This document shows, piece after piece, positions 49,587 to 59,071 of a DNA stretch of 64,000 nt (the stretch's first letter is position 1; the number at the start of each line of letters is the position of its first letter). This stretch comes from SAR202 cluster bacterium AC-409-J13_OGT_754m (GTDB lineage: Bacteria > Chloroflexota > Dehalococcoidia > Lucifugimonadales > GCA-2712585): positions 97,470 through 161,469 of the forward strand of contig VEXD01000001.1 of assembly GCA_009391235.1 (NCBI GenBank), given 5' to 3'. The notes below the pieces were generated by a model. The model was not told where the DNA came from, did not search any database, and worked only from the letters and a program-made list of their open reading frames with translations. The translations under genes were made by a program, and so were the position numbers.

Positions 49587-50372
49587 TTAGCTATTACTGG
49601 ACTGATTAGATTTGTAATAGGACCTTAACAGTATTCTTTCAGCCAAAAATACCAATAAGAACAACATAATACCCATGAGAGAAAGAATAAAAATTGAAGC
49701 AAAAACCCTTTCTGTTTCAAACTGAGGTATAGATCGCGTCATTAGATATCCCAATCCTTGACTAGACCCAACCCATTCACCAATAACCGCACCTATTACA
49801 CTAACAGCGGCAGCAATTTTAATGCCAGAAAATAAACTTGGAATGCTAGATGGAATTTGGATCTTGCAAAATATCTGCCATTTTGAAGCTCCAAATGTTC
49901 TTATCATGCTAACCATATCATCATCGAGATTTTTTAAACCATCAACCATATTTACAACTATAGGGAAAAACGCCACCAATGCCACAACTATGATTTTAGG
50001 TGAAATCCCATAGCCGATCCAAATTAGAAGAAGCGGAGCTATTGCTATAATGGGAATCGTTTGGGAGGCTATTACAAAAGGGTACAGTGACCTCTCTATC
50101 AATCTGGAATATGCTATAGATAGAGCCAAACCAACGCCAACAATAATCGCTATCGAAAATCCGGCAAGAATTTCGTATAGAGTAACTAAAGCATGTGACG
50201 CAATCATTTCCCTTTCAACGTAAAGTTCTCTTAATATCTCAGAAGGTGCCGGAAGTAACCATTTTGGGATATGGAATGCTTGAAGAGCTACCTCCCAAAT
50301 AATTAACAAAACCCAAATTATGACTGCGGGCAAGACCAAAGAAATTATTTGTGACCCTTTCAAGCCAACCAT
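49587..50372 (-). CDS. ABC transporter permease (ThiX-like)
   Basis: 6-TM BPD-type permease with an EAA-like loop (MIRTFGASKWQIFCKIQIP). Confidence 0.8.
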   Translation of the reverse strand: MVGLKGSQIISLVLPAVIIWVLLIIWEVALQAFHIPKWLLPAPSEILRELYVEREMIASHALVTLYEILAGFSIAIIVGVGLALSIAYSRLIERSLYPFVIASQTIPIIAIAPLLLIWIGYGISPKIIVVALVAFFPIVVNMVDGLKNLDDDMVSMIRTFGASKWQIFCKIQIPSSIPSLFSGIKIAAAVSVIGAVIGEWVGSSQGLGYLMTRSIPQFETERVFASIFILSLMGIMLFLLVFLAERILLRSYYKSNQSSNS

Positions 50373-50444
50373 CTGCCTTCCTTGCTATCTAAAAAAGTAA
50401 TACGTGAAATATTAGACATCTTATTCATTTCCATTTTTTCATAG

Positions 50445-51215
50445 TTATTTTGCCCTCAAAGCATCTATGAGAGTTTTCTTGAAATCTATGAATTGCGGAT
50501 CTGTTAAAACACCATATTCCCTAGGTCTATCTAATTTCACGTCTAGTTCCAATATCACACGACCAGGAGTATGACTCAAAACATAAACTTTATCCGACAA
50601 TAATATTGCTTCTTCTACATCGTGGGTAATCAATATCACGGTTTTCTTAAAAGTACTCCATATAGTTAACAGCCATTCCTGCATTTGACCCCTAGTGAAG
50701 GCATCCAGTGCACCAAAGGGCTCATCTAATAAAAATAATTGTTGGTCCACTAATAGTGTTCTAAGAAAAGCTACTCGCTGACGCATGCCACCAGATAAAG
50801 CATCCGGGTATCTATTCTTAAATTCTTTTATGCCAAATATGTCCATCATTTTAATAGCCTGTTGCCTATATTGATCTCCATCCCTTCCTATAACTTCAAG
50901 GCCTAACATGGCGTTATCCAAAACTGTCCGCCATGGTAACAAAAGATCTTTCTGCGGCATAAACCCGATCAACCCTAATCGACTGCCGATAACATTACCA
51001 TCTAATTCTATTGTCCCACTGGTAGGCTCATCTAACCCTGCGATACATTTAAGAAGCGTAGTCTTCCCACATCCACTAGGCCCAATAACACTAACAAACT
51101 GTCCCTCAGTAACTTCCAGTGCTATATTTTCCAAAACAGGAAATATTTGATTATCAACATGAAATGACTTAGATATTCCAGTTAGTCGTAGCTTAGCGGG
51201 ATTAGGCATAATCAT
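50445..51215 (-). CDS. ABC transporter ATP-binding protein (ThiZ-like)
   Basis: GPSGCGKTT, LSGGMRQR, LFLLDEPFGALD. Confidence 0.85.
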   Translation of the reverse strand: MIMPNPAKLRLTGISKSFHVDNQIFPVLENIALEVTEGQFVSVIGPSGCGKTTLLKCIAGLDEPTSGTIELDGNVIGSRLGLIGFMPQKDLLLPWRTVLDNAMLGLEVIGRDGDQYRQQAIKMMDIFGIKEFKNRYPDALSGGMRQRVAFLRTLLVDQQLFLLDEPFGALDAFTRGQMQEWLLTIWSTFKKTVILITHDVEEAILLSDKVYVLSHTPGRVILELDVKLDRPREYGVLTDPQFIDFKKTLIDALRAK

Positions 51216-51260
51216 GGCACAGATACGCCTAAATCAAAAAATGCGAATGATTTACACATG

Positions 51261-51352
51261 TGACTCCCTCCGCTGGCATTATCCAGATCAGGTTGTAAGG
51301 GTCGGTGGGGTTCTGCTCCACCCTCTCAGCCTGGCTCTCCAAGCTCCCCTAC
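51261..51352 (-). promoter_or_regulatory. TPP (THI-box) riboswitch
   Basis: The minus strand reads AGGGGAGC...GGCUGAGAGGGUGG...ACCCUUACAACCUGAUCUGGAUAAUGCCAGCGGAGGGA. This contains the invariant CUGAGA and ACCUGAUCUGGAUAAUGCCAGCG cores. It lies 46 nt upstream of the transporter ATPase gene. Confidence 0.9.
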
Positions 51353-51377
51353 GTTCAATACAATTAATTGCGCCGAG

Positions 51378-51407
51378 AGTATAGCGACAAGCAAAATGAA
51401 TTGTCAA
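51378..51407 (-). promoter_or_regulatory. Candidate promoter driving the TPP riboswitch operon
   Basis: On the minus strand: TTGACA, an 18-nt spacer, then TATACT, ending about 25 nt upstream of the riboswitch. Confidence 0.45.
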
Positions 51408-51417
51408 CGTTAGACAG

Positions 51418-52065
51418 CTAGACGCCAATTATCTTGATGGCAGACCTAGTTTTATATCTCAGGTTAATGTTAACCAAAAGTACAGTTAACTCTTCTACAA
51501 ATCGGGCATTCTGCAATGGCCCACCATCAATAGCCCTAAGATCATTAATCAATTCAACCAACTTCATCACTCTTTCTTTAGCCTCTTTGTAGTCAGAACA
51601 AACTATCACATCCCCTTCCATTCTGTGATTAGAATTAAGCAGCTCAACAGCACTAATATTCTGAAATGCAGAAACAACATAAGATCCCGGAATTAGTGAC
51701 TGGCATTTTGCTGAAACAGAACGTTCTTCTAATTCAATAGTGCTAGCCAACCCATCTTGGATTTTCATAGCTAACCCGACGTTGACTACTATTTTGCCAA
51801 ACAGATGATCTCGCAATATTCGCAATAAGTCCTCTTCCGCCTCATAAGGAACCGTTAAGAAAATCAGATCTCCACGAACAGCGGCTTCTATATTGCTTCC
51901 GTAAAATATCTGAGCGTTCGGAACCAAGGCTTGCAGTTTCTCTGCAGTCTTCCTAGCTTTATCTTTCTCCCTTGAGCCTATAATCACATCTTCATTTGCC
52001 AATGCATATCGCAAAGCCAAGCCTTGACCCTCCGCTCCTGTCCCGCCAAGAAAAGCTAACATCAT
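51418..52065 (-). CDS. npdG: NADPH-dependent F420 reductase (NpdG/Fno-like)
   Basis: 215 aa. The Rossmann N-terminus LAFLGGTGAEGQGLALRYA and overall length are as in F420:NADP oxidoreductases. Confidence 0.7.
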   Translation of the reverse strand: MMLAFLGGTGAEGQGLALRYALANEDVIIGSREKDKARKTAEKLQALVPNAQIFYGSNIEAAVRGDLIFLTVPYEAEEDLLRILRDHLFGKIVVNVGLAMKIQDGLASTIELEERSVSAKCQSLIPGSYVVSAFQNISAVELLNSNHRMEGDVIVCSDYKEAKERVMKLVELINDLRAIDGGPLQNARFVEELTVLLVNINLRYKTRSAIKIIGV

Positions 52066-52179
52066 TATGCTCCTACATGATTTGATATTATTATATCCTC
52101 CTCAGCACACACAGTGCTAACCATAGCATCAAATCTCTACCCACATCCCAAAAACAGCATTACAATTTTTTATATCAGG

Positions 52180-52208
52180 TTGACCACAACAGGTTCTTGT
52201 TGTAGTAT
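52180..52208 (+). promoter_or_regulatory. Candidate promoter of argJ (leaderless or near-leaderless)
   Basis: TTGACC, a 17-nt spacer, then TAGTAT, ending 9 nt before ATG 52218. No SD sequence lies in between. Confidence 0.45.
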
Positions 52209-52217
52209 TCATCCATT

Positions 52218-53591
52218 ATGGAACAAATTAAAGCTATCTGCATCCACTGTGGGTATGAATTCTACCCAAGGGTAAAATCTCCGAAAAAATGTGGGGAATG
52301 CCAAAAACCGTGGCCTCTACAGCAGACCAATCTCGTCCAAAAACCACAACAACATAGTAAAAATAATACAACAGTCAAGAAAGGTATCACGTCAATTAAC
52401 TCTGGAACAGTGACTTCACCCAATGGATATTGGGTAGGTGCTACATTTGCCGGAATGAAAACTTATCGAGAAGATAAACTTGATCTAGCTATATTGCTTT
52501 CAGGAAAACCTTGTACAACTGCTGGAGTGTTTACAACCAACAAATTAAAATCTCACTCAGTTGCTTTAACCCAAGAACGTATGGTATTGGGTCAAGCCCG
52601 TGCAGTAATAGTTAATAGTGGAATAGCAAACGCCTGTGTAGGTTATCATGGATACAACGATGCTAAATCGATGTCAGCGAAAGCCGCATCTCACTTAGGT
52701 CTAAACCCAAACGAGGTATTGGTATGTAGCACAGGAATTATAGGGGTAGAACTCCCAATGTCCCTAATAAATTCGGGCATTGATAGGATTGAAATGAAGG
52801 ATGATGGAGGGTCTTTAATGGCGAGAGCCATAGTAACTACCGATACTCGCATAAAAGAAATAGCAGTATCTTTTGACCTGGATGGAGTTAAAACGACCAT
52901 TGGCGGTGTAGCAAAAGGATCCGGAATGATTCACCCTAACATGGCAACCATGCTTGCATTTATCTCGACCGATGCCACTATAGAATCGACTATGCTCCAA
53001 TCCATGCTTGAAGAATCGGTTAATCTTTCCTTCAATATGATCACTGTTGATGGGGATACTAGCACTAATGATACGGTTTTATTGTTCGCCAACGGAGCGT
53101 CAGGGACAAATACTATAAAAGAGAATACGAAAGAATATGCTTTATTTAAAAAAGCTTTGACCCAAGTATGTACTTATTTAGCCAAAGAGATAGTAAGAGA
53201 CGGGGAAGGTGCTACTAAGGTTATCGAGATAACAATAGACGGTGCAACAAGTATATCAGATGCACGTAAAGCCGCTAGATCCATTGCGGGTTCCAGCCTT
53301 GTAAAAACGGCAATATACGGTAATGACCCTAACTGGGGAAGAATCGTATCTGCAATAGGATACAGCGGAGCAGCAGTAGTTGAGAGTAAAATTGCGCTTT
53401 ACATCAATGGTGTGTGTCTCATGGAAGAGGGGATTCCTGTTCCTTTTCATAGAGATTCAATCATAGCAATAATGTCTGAGCCAGAGATATCACTTAAAGT
53501 CAATCTTAACCTAGGTAACAGCCAAGCCACCGCCTGGGGCTGTGATATGACAGAAGCATATGTCACTCTTAACAGTGCATACACCACGTAG
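52218..53591 (+). CDS. argJ: Bifunctional ornithine acetyltransferase / N-acetylglutamate synthase ArgJ with N-terminal zinc-ribbon extension
   Basis: ArgJ core from ~aa 64 (TSPNGYWVGATFAGMK) and the autoprocessing site context HPNMATMLAFISTDA. The N-terminal 30 aa contain CIHC-x14-CGEC. Confidence 0.9.
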   Translation: MEQIKAICIHCGYEFYPRVKSPKKCGECQKPWPLQQTNLVQKPQQHSKNNTTVKKGITSINSGTVTSPNGYWVGATFAGMKTYREDKLDLAILLSGKPCTTAGVFTTNKLKSHSVALTQERMVLGQARAVIVNSGIANACVGYHGYNDAKSMSAKAASHLGLNPNEVLVCSTGIIGVELPMSLINSGIDRIEMKDDGGSLMARAIVTTDTRIKEIAVSFDLDGVKTTIGGVAKGSGMIHPNMATMLAFISTDATIESTMLQSMLEESVNLSFNMITVDGDTSTNDTVLLFANGASGTNTIKENTKEYALFKKALTQVCTYLAKEIVRDGEGATKVIEITIDGATSISDARKAARSIAGSSLVKTAIYGNDPNWGRIVSAIGYSGAAVVESKIALYINGVCLMEEGIPVPFHRDSIIAIMSEPEISLKVNLNLGNSQATAWGCDMTEAYVTLNSAYTT

Positions 53592-54416
53592 ATGCTCCCC
53601 TCCCAGGAGACGCCTAATATGGAAAAAACCATACCACCAGGACCCATAGTCATAAAGATCGGTGGAAGCACATTGGGTAATCATGACACCAGTCTGGAAG
53701 ATTTGGTTTACCTTCATAAACAAGGCCTAAAATTAGTAGTCGTGCACGGGGGCGGGCAAATTATATCCCAGTGGATGAAACAACAGGGTATAATCCCAAA
53801 CTTCATCAAGGGTCTTAGGGTAACAGACTTGCAAAACCTAGATATCGCTACCGCAGTCCTAACCGGACTAGTAAACAAACAACTGGTTGCCTCCTTAATC
53901 AAACTAGGTGGTTCAGTTATGGGATTCAGCGGAATTGATGACCATATGTTGGAATGCCGAATGGCTGATATAAATTTGGGCTATGTAGGCACTATAATCA
54001 AAGTAAATCCAGAGCCCATAAATCACGCCTTGAGTAATAATTACATCCCGATTGTAGCCCCTATGGGAATTCACCAAGTTGATGAATCTCAAAATTCTGG
54101 ACACATTCTCAATATTAATGGAGATACGGCAACAGGTGAAATAGCCTTTTCGCTAGGAGCATCTAAAGTGATTTTTCTAACAGACGTTACGGGAGTTATC
54201 GATCGATCGGGAAATGTACTCAAAAACATTAATGCCAAACAAGCCCGAATGTTGATACGTTCAGGGACAGCTAAAGGAGGAATGATACCTAAACTAGAGG
54301 CATGTCTTACTGCTCTGCCTCGGGTTCCTGAAGTCGAAATCATAGATGGCCGTGTACCTGAAGCTTTAAGAGCATCTATAGCAGGAAAAACTCCCGGGAC
54401 TCGCATACAAGCATAA
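53592..54416 (+). CDS. argB: Acetylglutamate kinase
   Basis: IVIKIGGS, VVVHGGG and the amino-acid-kinase fold motifs. The start abuts the argJ stop. Confidence 0.92.
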   Translation: MLPSQETPNMEKTIPPGPIVIKIGGSTLGNHDTSLEDLVYLHKQGLKLVVVHGGGQIISQWMKQQGIIPNFIKGLRVTDLQNLDIATAVLTGLVNKQLVASLIKLGGSVMGFSGIDDHMLECRMADINLGYVGTIIKVNPEPINHALSNNYIPIVAPMGIHQVDESQNSGHILNINGDTATGEIAFSLGASKVIFLTDVTGVIDRSGNVLKNINAKQARMLIRSGTAKGGMIPKLEACLTALPRVPEVEIIDGRVPEALRASIAGKTPGTRIQA

Positions 54417-54662
54417 CCTATAATATCGCCCTTAATAACCCAACCATGGACAAACTTACCACCAAATACTATAGTCAACAGGAAGGCATAATTATCAAAA
54501 ATTCCCCACCTAGTCCATGTCGAAAAAAGCTTATTGTGGAGCAATTTAATTGCACTATCGATAGTCCTAATTCATCACTTCAACGTGAACGGTTGAAACA
54601 CAGGTTTCGCGAACCACATATTTCTACCATGCACCTGACATAGAGAAAGGAGGAACAATAAA

Positions 54663-55847
54663 TTGGTCCCAGATTGGATTAGCATAGAAAAACAATACTA
54701 CGCCCAAACCGTGAAACGCCAACCAGTTGTAATTGAAAGAGGGCTCGGAACCAGAGTTTGGGACGTAAATGGTAAAGAATATCTAGACTTTACCGCTGGA
54801 TGGGCAGTAACCAACATAGGGCATAGCCATCCAGCAATTGTGGATGCAATAACAAAACAAGCCGCTACTCTAATGCAAACATCAAATGCATTTTATACGA
54901 TACCTCAACTCCACCTCGCAAAACTTTTAGTAGTTAACAGTTGCTATGATAAAGTTTTCTTTGGCAATAGTGGTGCAGAAGCCATAGAAGGCGCGATTAA
55001 ATTGGCTCGTAAATATGGAAAAGCAAACAGGGATGGAGCTTATGGAATTATTACTGCTTACAACTCTTTTCATGGAAGAACTATAAGCACTTTAGCCGCA
55101 ACCGGCCAACCTCATTATCAAGAAACATTTAGACCTCTTACACCAGGTTTCACCCATGTCGAATTTAACAACATGGACCAAATACGTGAAGCAACTAGTG
55201 ACAAGATAGCAGCCGTTATGCTGGAACCGATTCAAGGCGAAGGAGGAGTTAACGTACCAGATGAAAATTACTTGTCTGAAGTGAAGAAATGGTGTGAGGC
55301 ACAGGGTCTACTATTTATTGTCGACGAGGTACAAACCGGTATGGGTCGACTCGGTAGCCTTTTCGGATACCAAGAATACGGTATCGAACCAGATGTAATG
55401 GCCCTTGCAAAAGGCCTAGGGGGCGGTGTTCCTATTGGAGCCTTTATGTCAAAGGAAAATTGCATGTCCCTAGAACCCGGAGACCATGGTTCCACATTCG
55501 GAGGCAATGCATTAACCACTGCTGCGGCATATGCATCCACAAAATATATCATTGATAATAATATTCCAGATAACGCCAAAAATATGGGCAATAAGCTTAT
55601 GCAATGCCTCAACGATCTCAAAAGCGTTTTCTCATGTATAGAGGAAGTTAGAGGGAAGGGACTGCTTATAGCTATCCAATTTGATGGTGACATAGCTGAT
55701 AGAGCTTTAGAATTAGTTCGCAACGAAGGAGTCCTATCTAATATGGTTAAGCCTAACGCCCTTAGGCTAATGCCCCCCTTAACTATCACCAAACAAGAAA
55801 TCGAAGAGGGAATTGAGCGAATAGGGAAAGCCCTGAAAAAACTGTAA
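54663..55847 (+). CDS. argD: Acetylornithine aminotransferase
   Basis: Class-III aminotransferase motifs (FGNSGAEAIEGAIKLARKY, DEVQTGMGRLG). TTG start with AAGGAGG 9 nt upstream. Confidence 0.9.
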   Translation: MVPDWISIEKQYYAQTVKRQPVVIERGLGTRVWDVNGKEYLDFTAGWAVTNIGHSHPAIVDAITKQAATLMQTSNAFYTIPQLHLAKLLVVNSCYDKVFFGNSGAEAIEGAIKLARKYGKANRDGAYGIITAYNSFHGRTISTLAATGQPHYQETFRPLTPGFTHVEFNNMDQIREATSDKIAAVMLEPIQGEGGVNVPDENYLSEVKKWCEAQGLLFIVDEVQTGMGRLGSLFGYQEYGIEPDVMALAKGLGGGVPIGAFMSKENCMSLEPGDHGSTFGGNALTTAAAYASTKYIIDNNIPDNAKNMGNKLMQCLNDLKSVFSCIEEVRGKGLLIAIQFDGDIADRALELVRNEGVLSNMVKPNALRLMPPLTITKQEIEEGIERIGKALKKL

Positions 55848-55862
55848 AATTAGGGAGAATTC

Positions 55863-57062
55863 ATGGCACAACAAACAATACTTCTAGCTTACAGCGGCGG
55901 ATTGGATACTTCGGTATGTGTGAAATGGCTGCAAGAAAAATTAGATTCCCAAGTAGCAACCCTTACCATAGATCTAGGAATGGTCGACTTAGAAAGCATA
56001 CAACAGAGGGCTCTACAGATCGGTGCTGTAGAGGCGCTAAGCGTAAATGGAAAGGAAACTTTCGTAGAAAATTATGTATTCCCGGCCCTTAAGGCCGGAG
56101 CCATGTATGAAGAACAATATCCCCTAGCTACTGCCCTAGGACGACCCCTTATAGCGAAATATTTGGTCGAAGCTGCACGCAAGGTAGGAGCTACAGCAAT
56201 AGCTCATGGCTGCACCGGAAAAGGTAACGACCAAGTCCGAATGGATATTAGCGTTGGAGCGCTCGCCCCTGATCTAAAAGTAATAGCCCCTGTTCGGGAA
56301 TGGGGTTGGAATCGCGAAGAGGAAATTGAATACGCGAAATATCATAATATACCTATAGAGGAAAAGCAAAATCGTTATTCGACGGATGAGAACCTATGGG
56401 GAAGAAGTATAGAAGCTGGAGATCTAGAAGATCCTTGGAGAGAACCTCCTGAAGATGCATTTGCATGGACAAACCCAATAAATATGACCCCAGATGAACC
56501 CACTTACTTTGAGATATCTTTTGAAAAGGGTGTGCCTTTGACTTTAAATGGTGAGACCATGGGTTCGGTGGATCTGGTACAACATTTAAATCACTTAGCC
56601 GGCGTACACGGGGTAGGGCGGATAGACCATATAGAAAATAGACTAGTAGGAATAAAGTCACGAGAAGTATACGAAGCTCCAGCTGCTATCGTCTTACATA
56701 AAGCTCATATGGCCTTAGAATCGATGACCCTGAGCAAGGATCAGGTCCGCATGAAGCAACGTATAGCCCAAGAATATTCCGATGTCGTATACAATGGCCT
56801 ATGGTTCACGGCTCATAGACGAGACATGGACGCTTACATAGAGAATACTCAAACCTATGTCACGGGCAAGGTAAGAATAAAACTGCATAAGGGCACATGT
56901 TATATAGTAGGGCGTCAGGCACCGAAGGGATTATATACACATGAGCTCGCTACATATGACAGAGGGGACACATTCGACCATCGTGCATCAGAAGGATTTA
57001 TTTCCATCTATGGGCTCCCGGTTAGAACGCAAGCAAAAAATCAAGAAGAGATTTTGGATTAA
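55863..57062 (+). CDS. argG: Argininosuccinate synthase
   Basis: AYSGGLDTS ATP-binding motif and HGCTGKGNDQVR. Confidence 0.95.
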   Translation: MAQQTILLAYSGGLDTSVCVKWLQEKLDSQVATLTIDLGMVDLESIQQRALQIGAVEALSVNGKETFVENYVFPALKAGAMYEEQYPLATALGRPLIAKYLVEAARKVGATAIAHGCTGKGNDQVRMDISVGALAPDLKVIAPVREWGWNREEEIEYAKYHNIPIEEKQNRYSTDENLWGRSIEAGDLEDPWREPPEDAFAWTNPINMTPDEPTYFEISFEKGVPLTLNGETMGSVDLVQHLNHLAGVHGVGRIDHIENRLVGIKSREVYEAPAAIVLHKAHMALESMTLSKDQVRMKQRIAQEYSDVVYNGLWFTAHRRDMDAYIENTQTYVTGKVRIKLHKGTCYIVGRQAPKGLYTHELATYDRGDTFDHRASEGFISIYGLPVRTQAKNQEEILD

Positions 57063-58409
57063 ATGAAGCCATCTGACATATACACCGTTTCCATAACATA
57101 TGACTGGCGCTTATATAGACAGGATATTGCTGGTTCTATGGCCCACGTCAAGATGCTAGGCAAGCAAAGCATAATTAGCAAGGATGATGTTGACGCTATA
57201 TGCGTAGGATTGTCAAAAATAGAGAATGAAATAGAGAATGGTACATTCCCATGGCGTAATGACCTGGAAGATATCCATATGAATATTGAAGGCCGACTTC
57301 ACACATTAATAGGACCTGTCGCGGGAAAGTTGCACACTGCACGTTCCCGTAATGATCAAATTGCATTAGATATACGAATGTACACAAAAGACATGGTTCT
57401 CAAGGTAATAGAAAAAATTACTTTAACCCAAAAAGCTCTTGTCACTCAGGCCCAGTCACATAGCGATGTAATATTACCTGGTTACACCCATTTGCAAAGA
57501 GCCCAACCAGTAGTGTTGGCCCATCACCTGCTAGCTTATTTTGAGATGTTTCAAAGAGATATTTCTAGATTTGAAGAATGTTATAACTCAGCGGACGTAA
57601 TGCCTTTAGGTAGTGGTGCTTTAGCCGGAGTGCCATACGATATAGACCGTGACCATGTGGCTAACGAACTAGGGTTCAATCAAATAAGCTCAAACAGCAT
57701 GGATGCCGTATCTGATAGGGATTTTCTGATCCAGTACCATGCAGCCGCTGCGATTTGTATGATGCATATATCACGATTATCAGAAGAACTAGTTTTATGG
57801 TCATCACAAGAGTTTGGATTTGTTGCCATGGCACCAGAATTTCGTACTGGCAGTAGCATAATGCCCCAAAAGCAAAACCCCGACTTTGCAGAGATTGCTA
57901 GAGGCAAAACAGGCCGAGTTTACGGTTACCTGATGAGCATTCTGACCACATTAAAGGGACTACCTTTGACATACAACCGCGACCTCCAAGAGGACAAAGA
58001 AGTGTTCTTCGATACAGTCGACAGCCTTTTTGCAACAATTGATGTAACAACATTAATGATTGATAGTCTAAAGTTTAATTCTACCAAAATGACAGAGGCT
58101 GCGAATTTTGGAAATATGCTGGCAACCGACTTAGCTGACTACCTAGTATCAAAAGGACTACCTTTTCGAGAAGCCCATCACATTATTGGTAAAATATCCA
58201 ATTATGCGAATGACAAAAAAAAGGAAGTCCACAACTTAACCCTCAAAGAATATCGGCAGTTCTCAGACCTCTTTGAGCAAGATGTATCGGAAATTTCCCT
58301 GGAGTCTTCTGTTAGGGCTAGAAATGTGATCGGGGGAACATCTCCTAAAAGAGTAAAGAAAGCCCTGCTGACCGCAAAAACAATTTTGGAGTCTCGTTAT
58401 GGTTATTAA
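57063..58409 (+). CDS. argH: Argininosuccinate lyase
   Basis: Fumarate-lyase signature GSSIMPQKQNPD and TARSRNDQ. The ATG directly follows the argG stop. Confidence 0.93.
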   Translation: MKPSDIYTVSITYDWRLYRQDIAGSMAHVKMLGKQSIISKDDVDAICVGLSKIENEIENGTFPWRNDLEDIHMNIEGRLHTLIGPVAGKLHTARSRNDQIALDIRMYTKDMVLKVIEKITLTQKALVTQAQSHSDVILPGYTHLQRAQPVVLAHHLLAYFEMFQRDISRFEECYNSADVMPLGSGALAGVPYDIDRDHVANELGFNQISSNSMDAVSDRDFLIQYHAAAAICMMHISRLSEELVLWSSQEFGFVAMAPEFRTGSSIMPQKQNPDFAEIARGKTGRVYGYLMSILTTLKGLPLTYNRDLQEDKEVFFDTVDSLFATIDVTTLMIDSLKFNSTKMTEAANFGNMLATDLADYLVSKGLPFREAHHIIGKISNYANDKKKEVHNLTLKEYRQFSDLFEQDVSEISLESSVRARNVIGGTSPKRVKKALLTAKTILESRYGY

Positions 58410-59067
58410 AAATTTTAAATTGGCACCTTCTATACTTAGTGCTGATTTCTCTCGACTAGGAGAGGAAGTCAGAGACGTATCCGCTGCAGGAGCAGATTAC
58501 ATACATTTGGATGTAATGGACGGAAGATACGTACCCAATATTACATTTGGTCCTGTCGTTATTGAAAGCATTAGACCCTATACAAACCTGCCCCTAGATA
58601 CCCATCTCATGATTTCAGAACCTGAAAGATATATCGAAGATTTTTCTAAGGCTGGTTCAGATATTCTGACCGTCCATGCAGAGGCATCTACGCACCTACA
58701 CAGAACCATATGTCAAATTAAGGAGACTGGATGTCTAGCGGGAGTGGCAATAAATCCAACTACTGCCCTAAGTACTATAGAAAATGCCTTACCTTATGTA
58801 GACTTGGTGCTGATCCTTACTGTTAACCCTGGATTCGGAGGACAAACCCTTATACCCGAAGTGTTGGCCAAAGTCAGAGATCTGAAATCCTTGATAAACG
58901 AGAAGGGTTACTCAACTCAAATAGAGGTCGATGGTGGAATTAACGCTAACACCGCTAGCCAAGTAGTTCAATCTGGGGCCGACATACTAGTAGCAGGTTC
59001 AGCTATATTCAACAAAACCGAATCTATAGCCCTAGCAGTTGAACGATTAAGGAACAGCGTACAGTAG
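58399..59067 (+). CDS. rpe: Ribulose-phosphate 3-epimerase
   Basis: PSILSADF, HLDVMDG, VNPGFGGQ. Overlaps the argH end by 11 nt. Confidence 0.93.
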   Translation: MVIKNFKLAPSILSADFSRLGEEVRDVSAAGADYIHLDVMDGRYVPNITFGPVVIESIRPYTNLPLDTHLMISEPERYIEDFSKAGSDILTVHAEASTHLHRTICQIKETGCLAGVAINPTTALSTIENALPYVDLVLILTVNPGFGGQTLIPEVLAKVRDLKSLINEKGYSTQIEVDGGINANTASQVVQSGADILVAGSAIFNKTESIALAVERLRNSVQ

Positions 59068-59071
59068 TGAC

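Noticed and set aside
52218-52320. The zinc ribbon on ArgJ as a LysW/ArgW-type amino-group carrier.
   Set aside because: LysW-type carriers end in an acidic tail with a C-terminal Glu used for substrate attachment. Here the ribbon is N-terminal, is followed by a basic/Q-rich linker, and is fused to ArgJ. No lysX/argX-like ligase is nearby.
54446-54643. 65-aa ORF (MDKLTTKYYSQQ...) in the argB-argD gap.
   Set aside because: No SD sequence upstream, no recognisable motif, and a composition unlike neighbouring genes. It is probably non-coding. The gap itself is reported as a finding.
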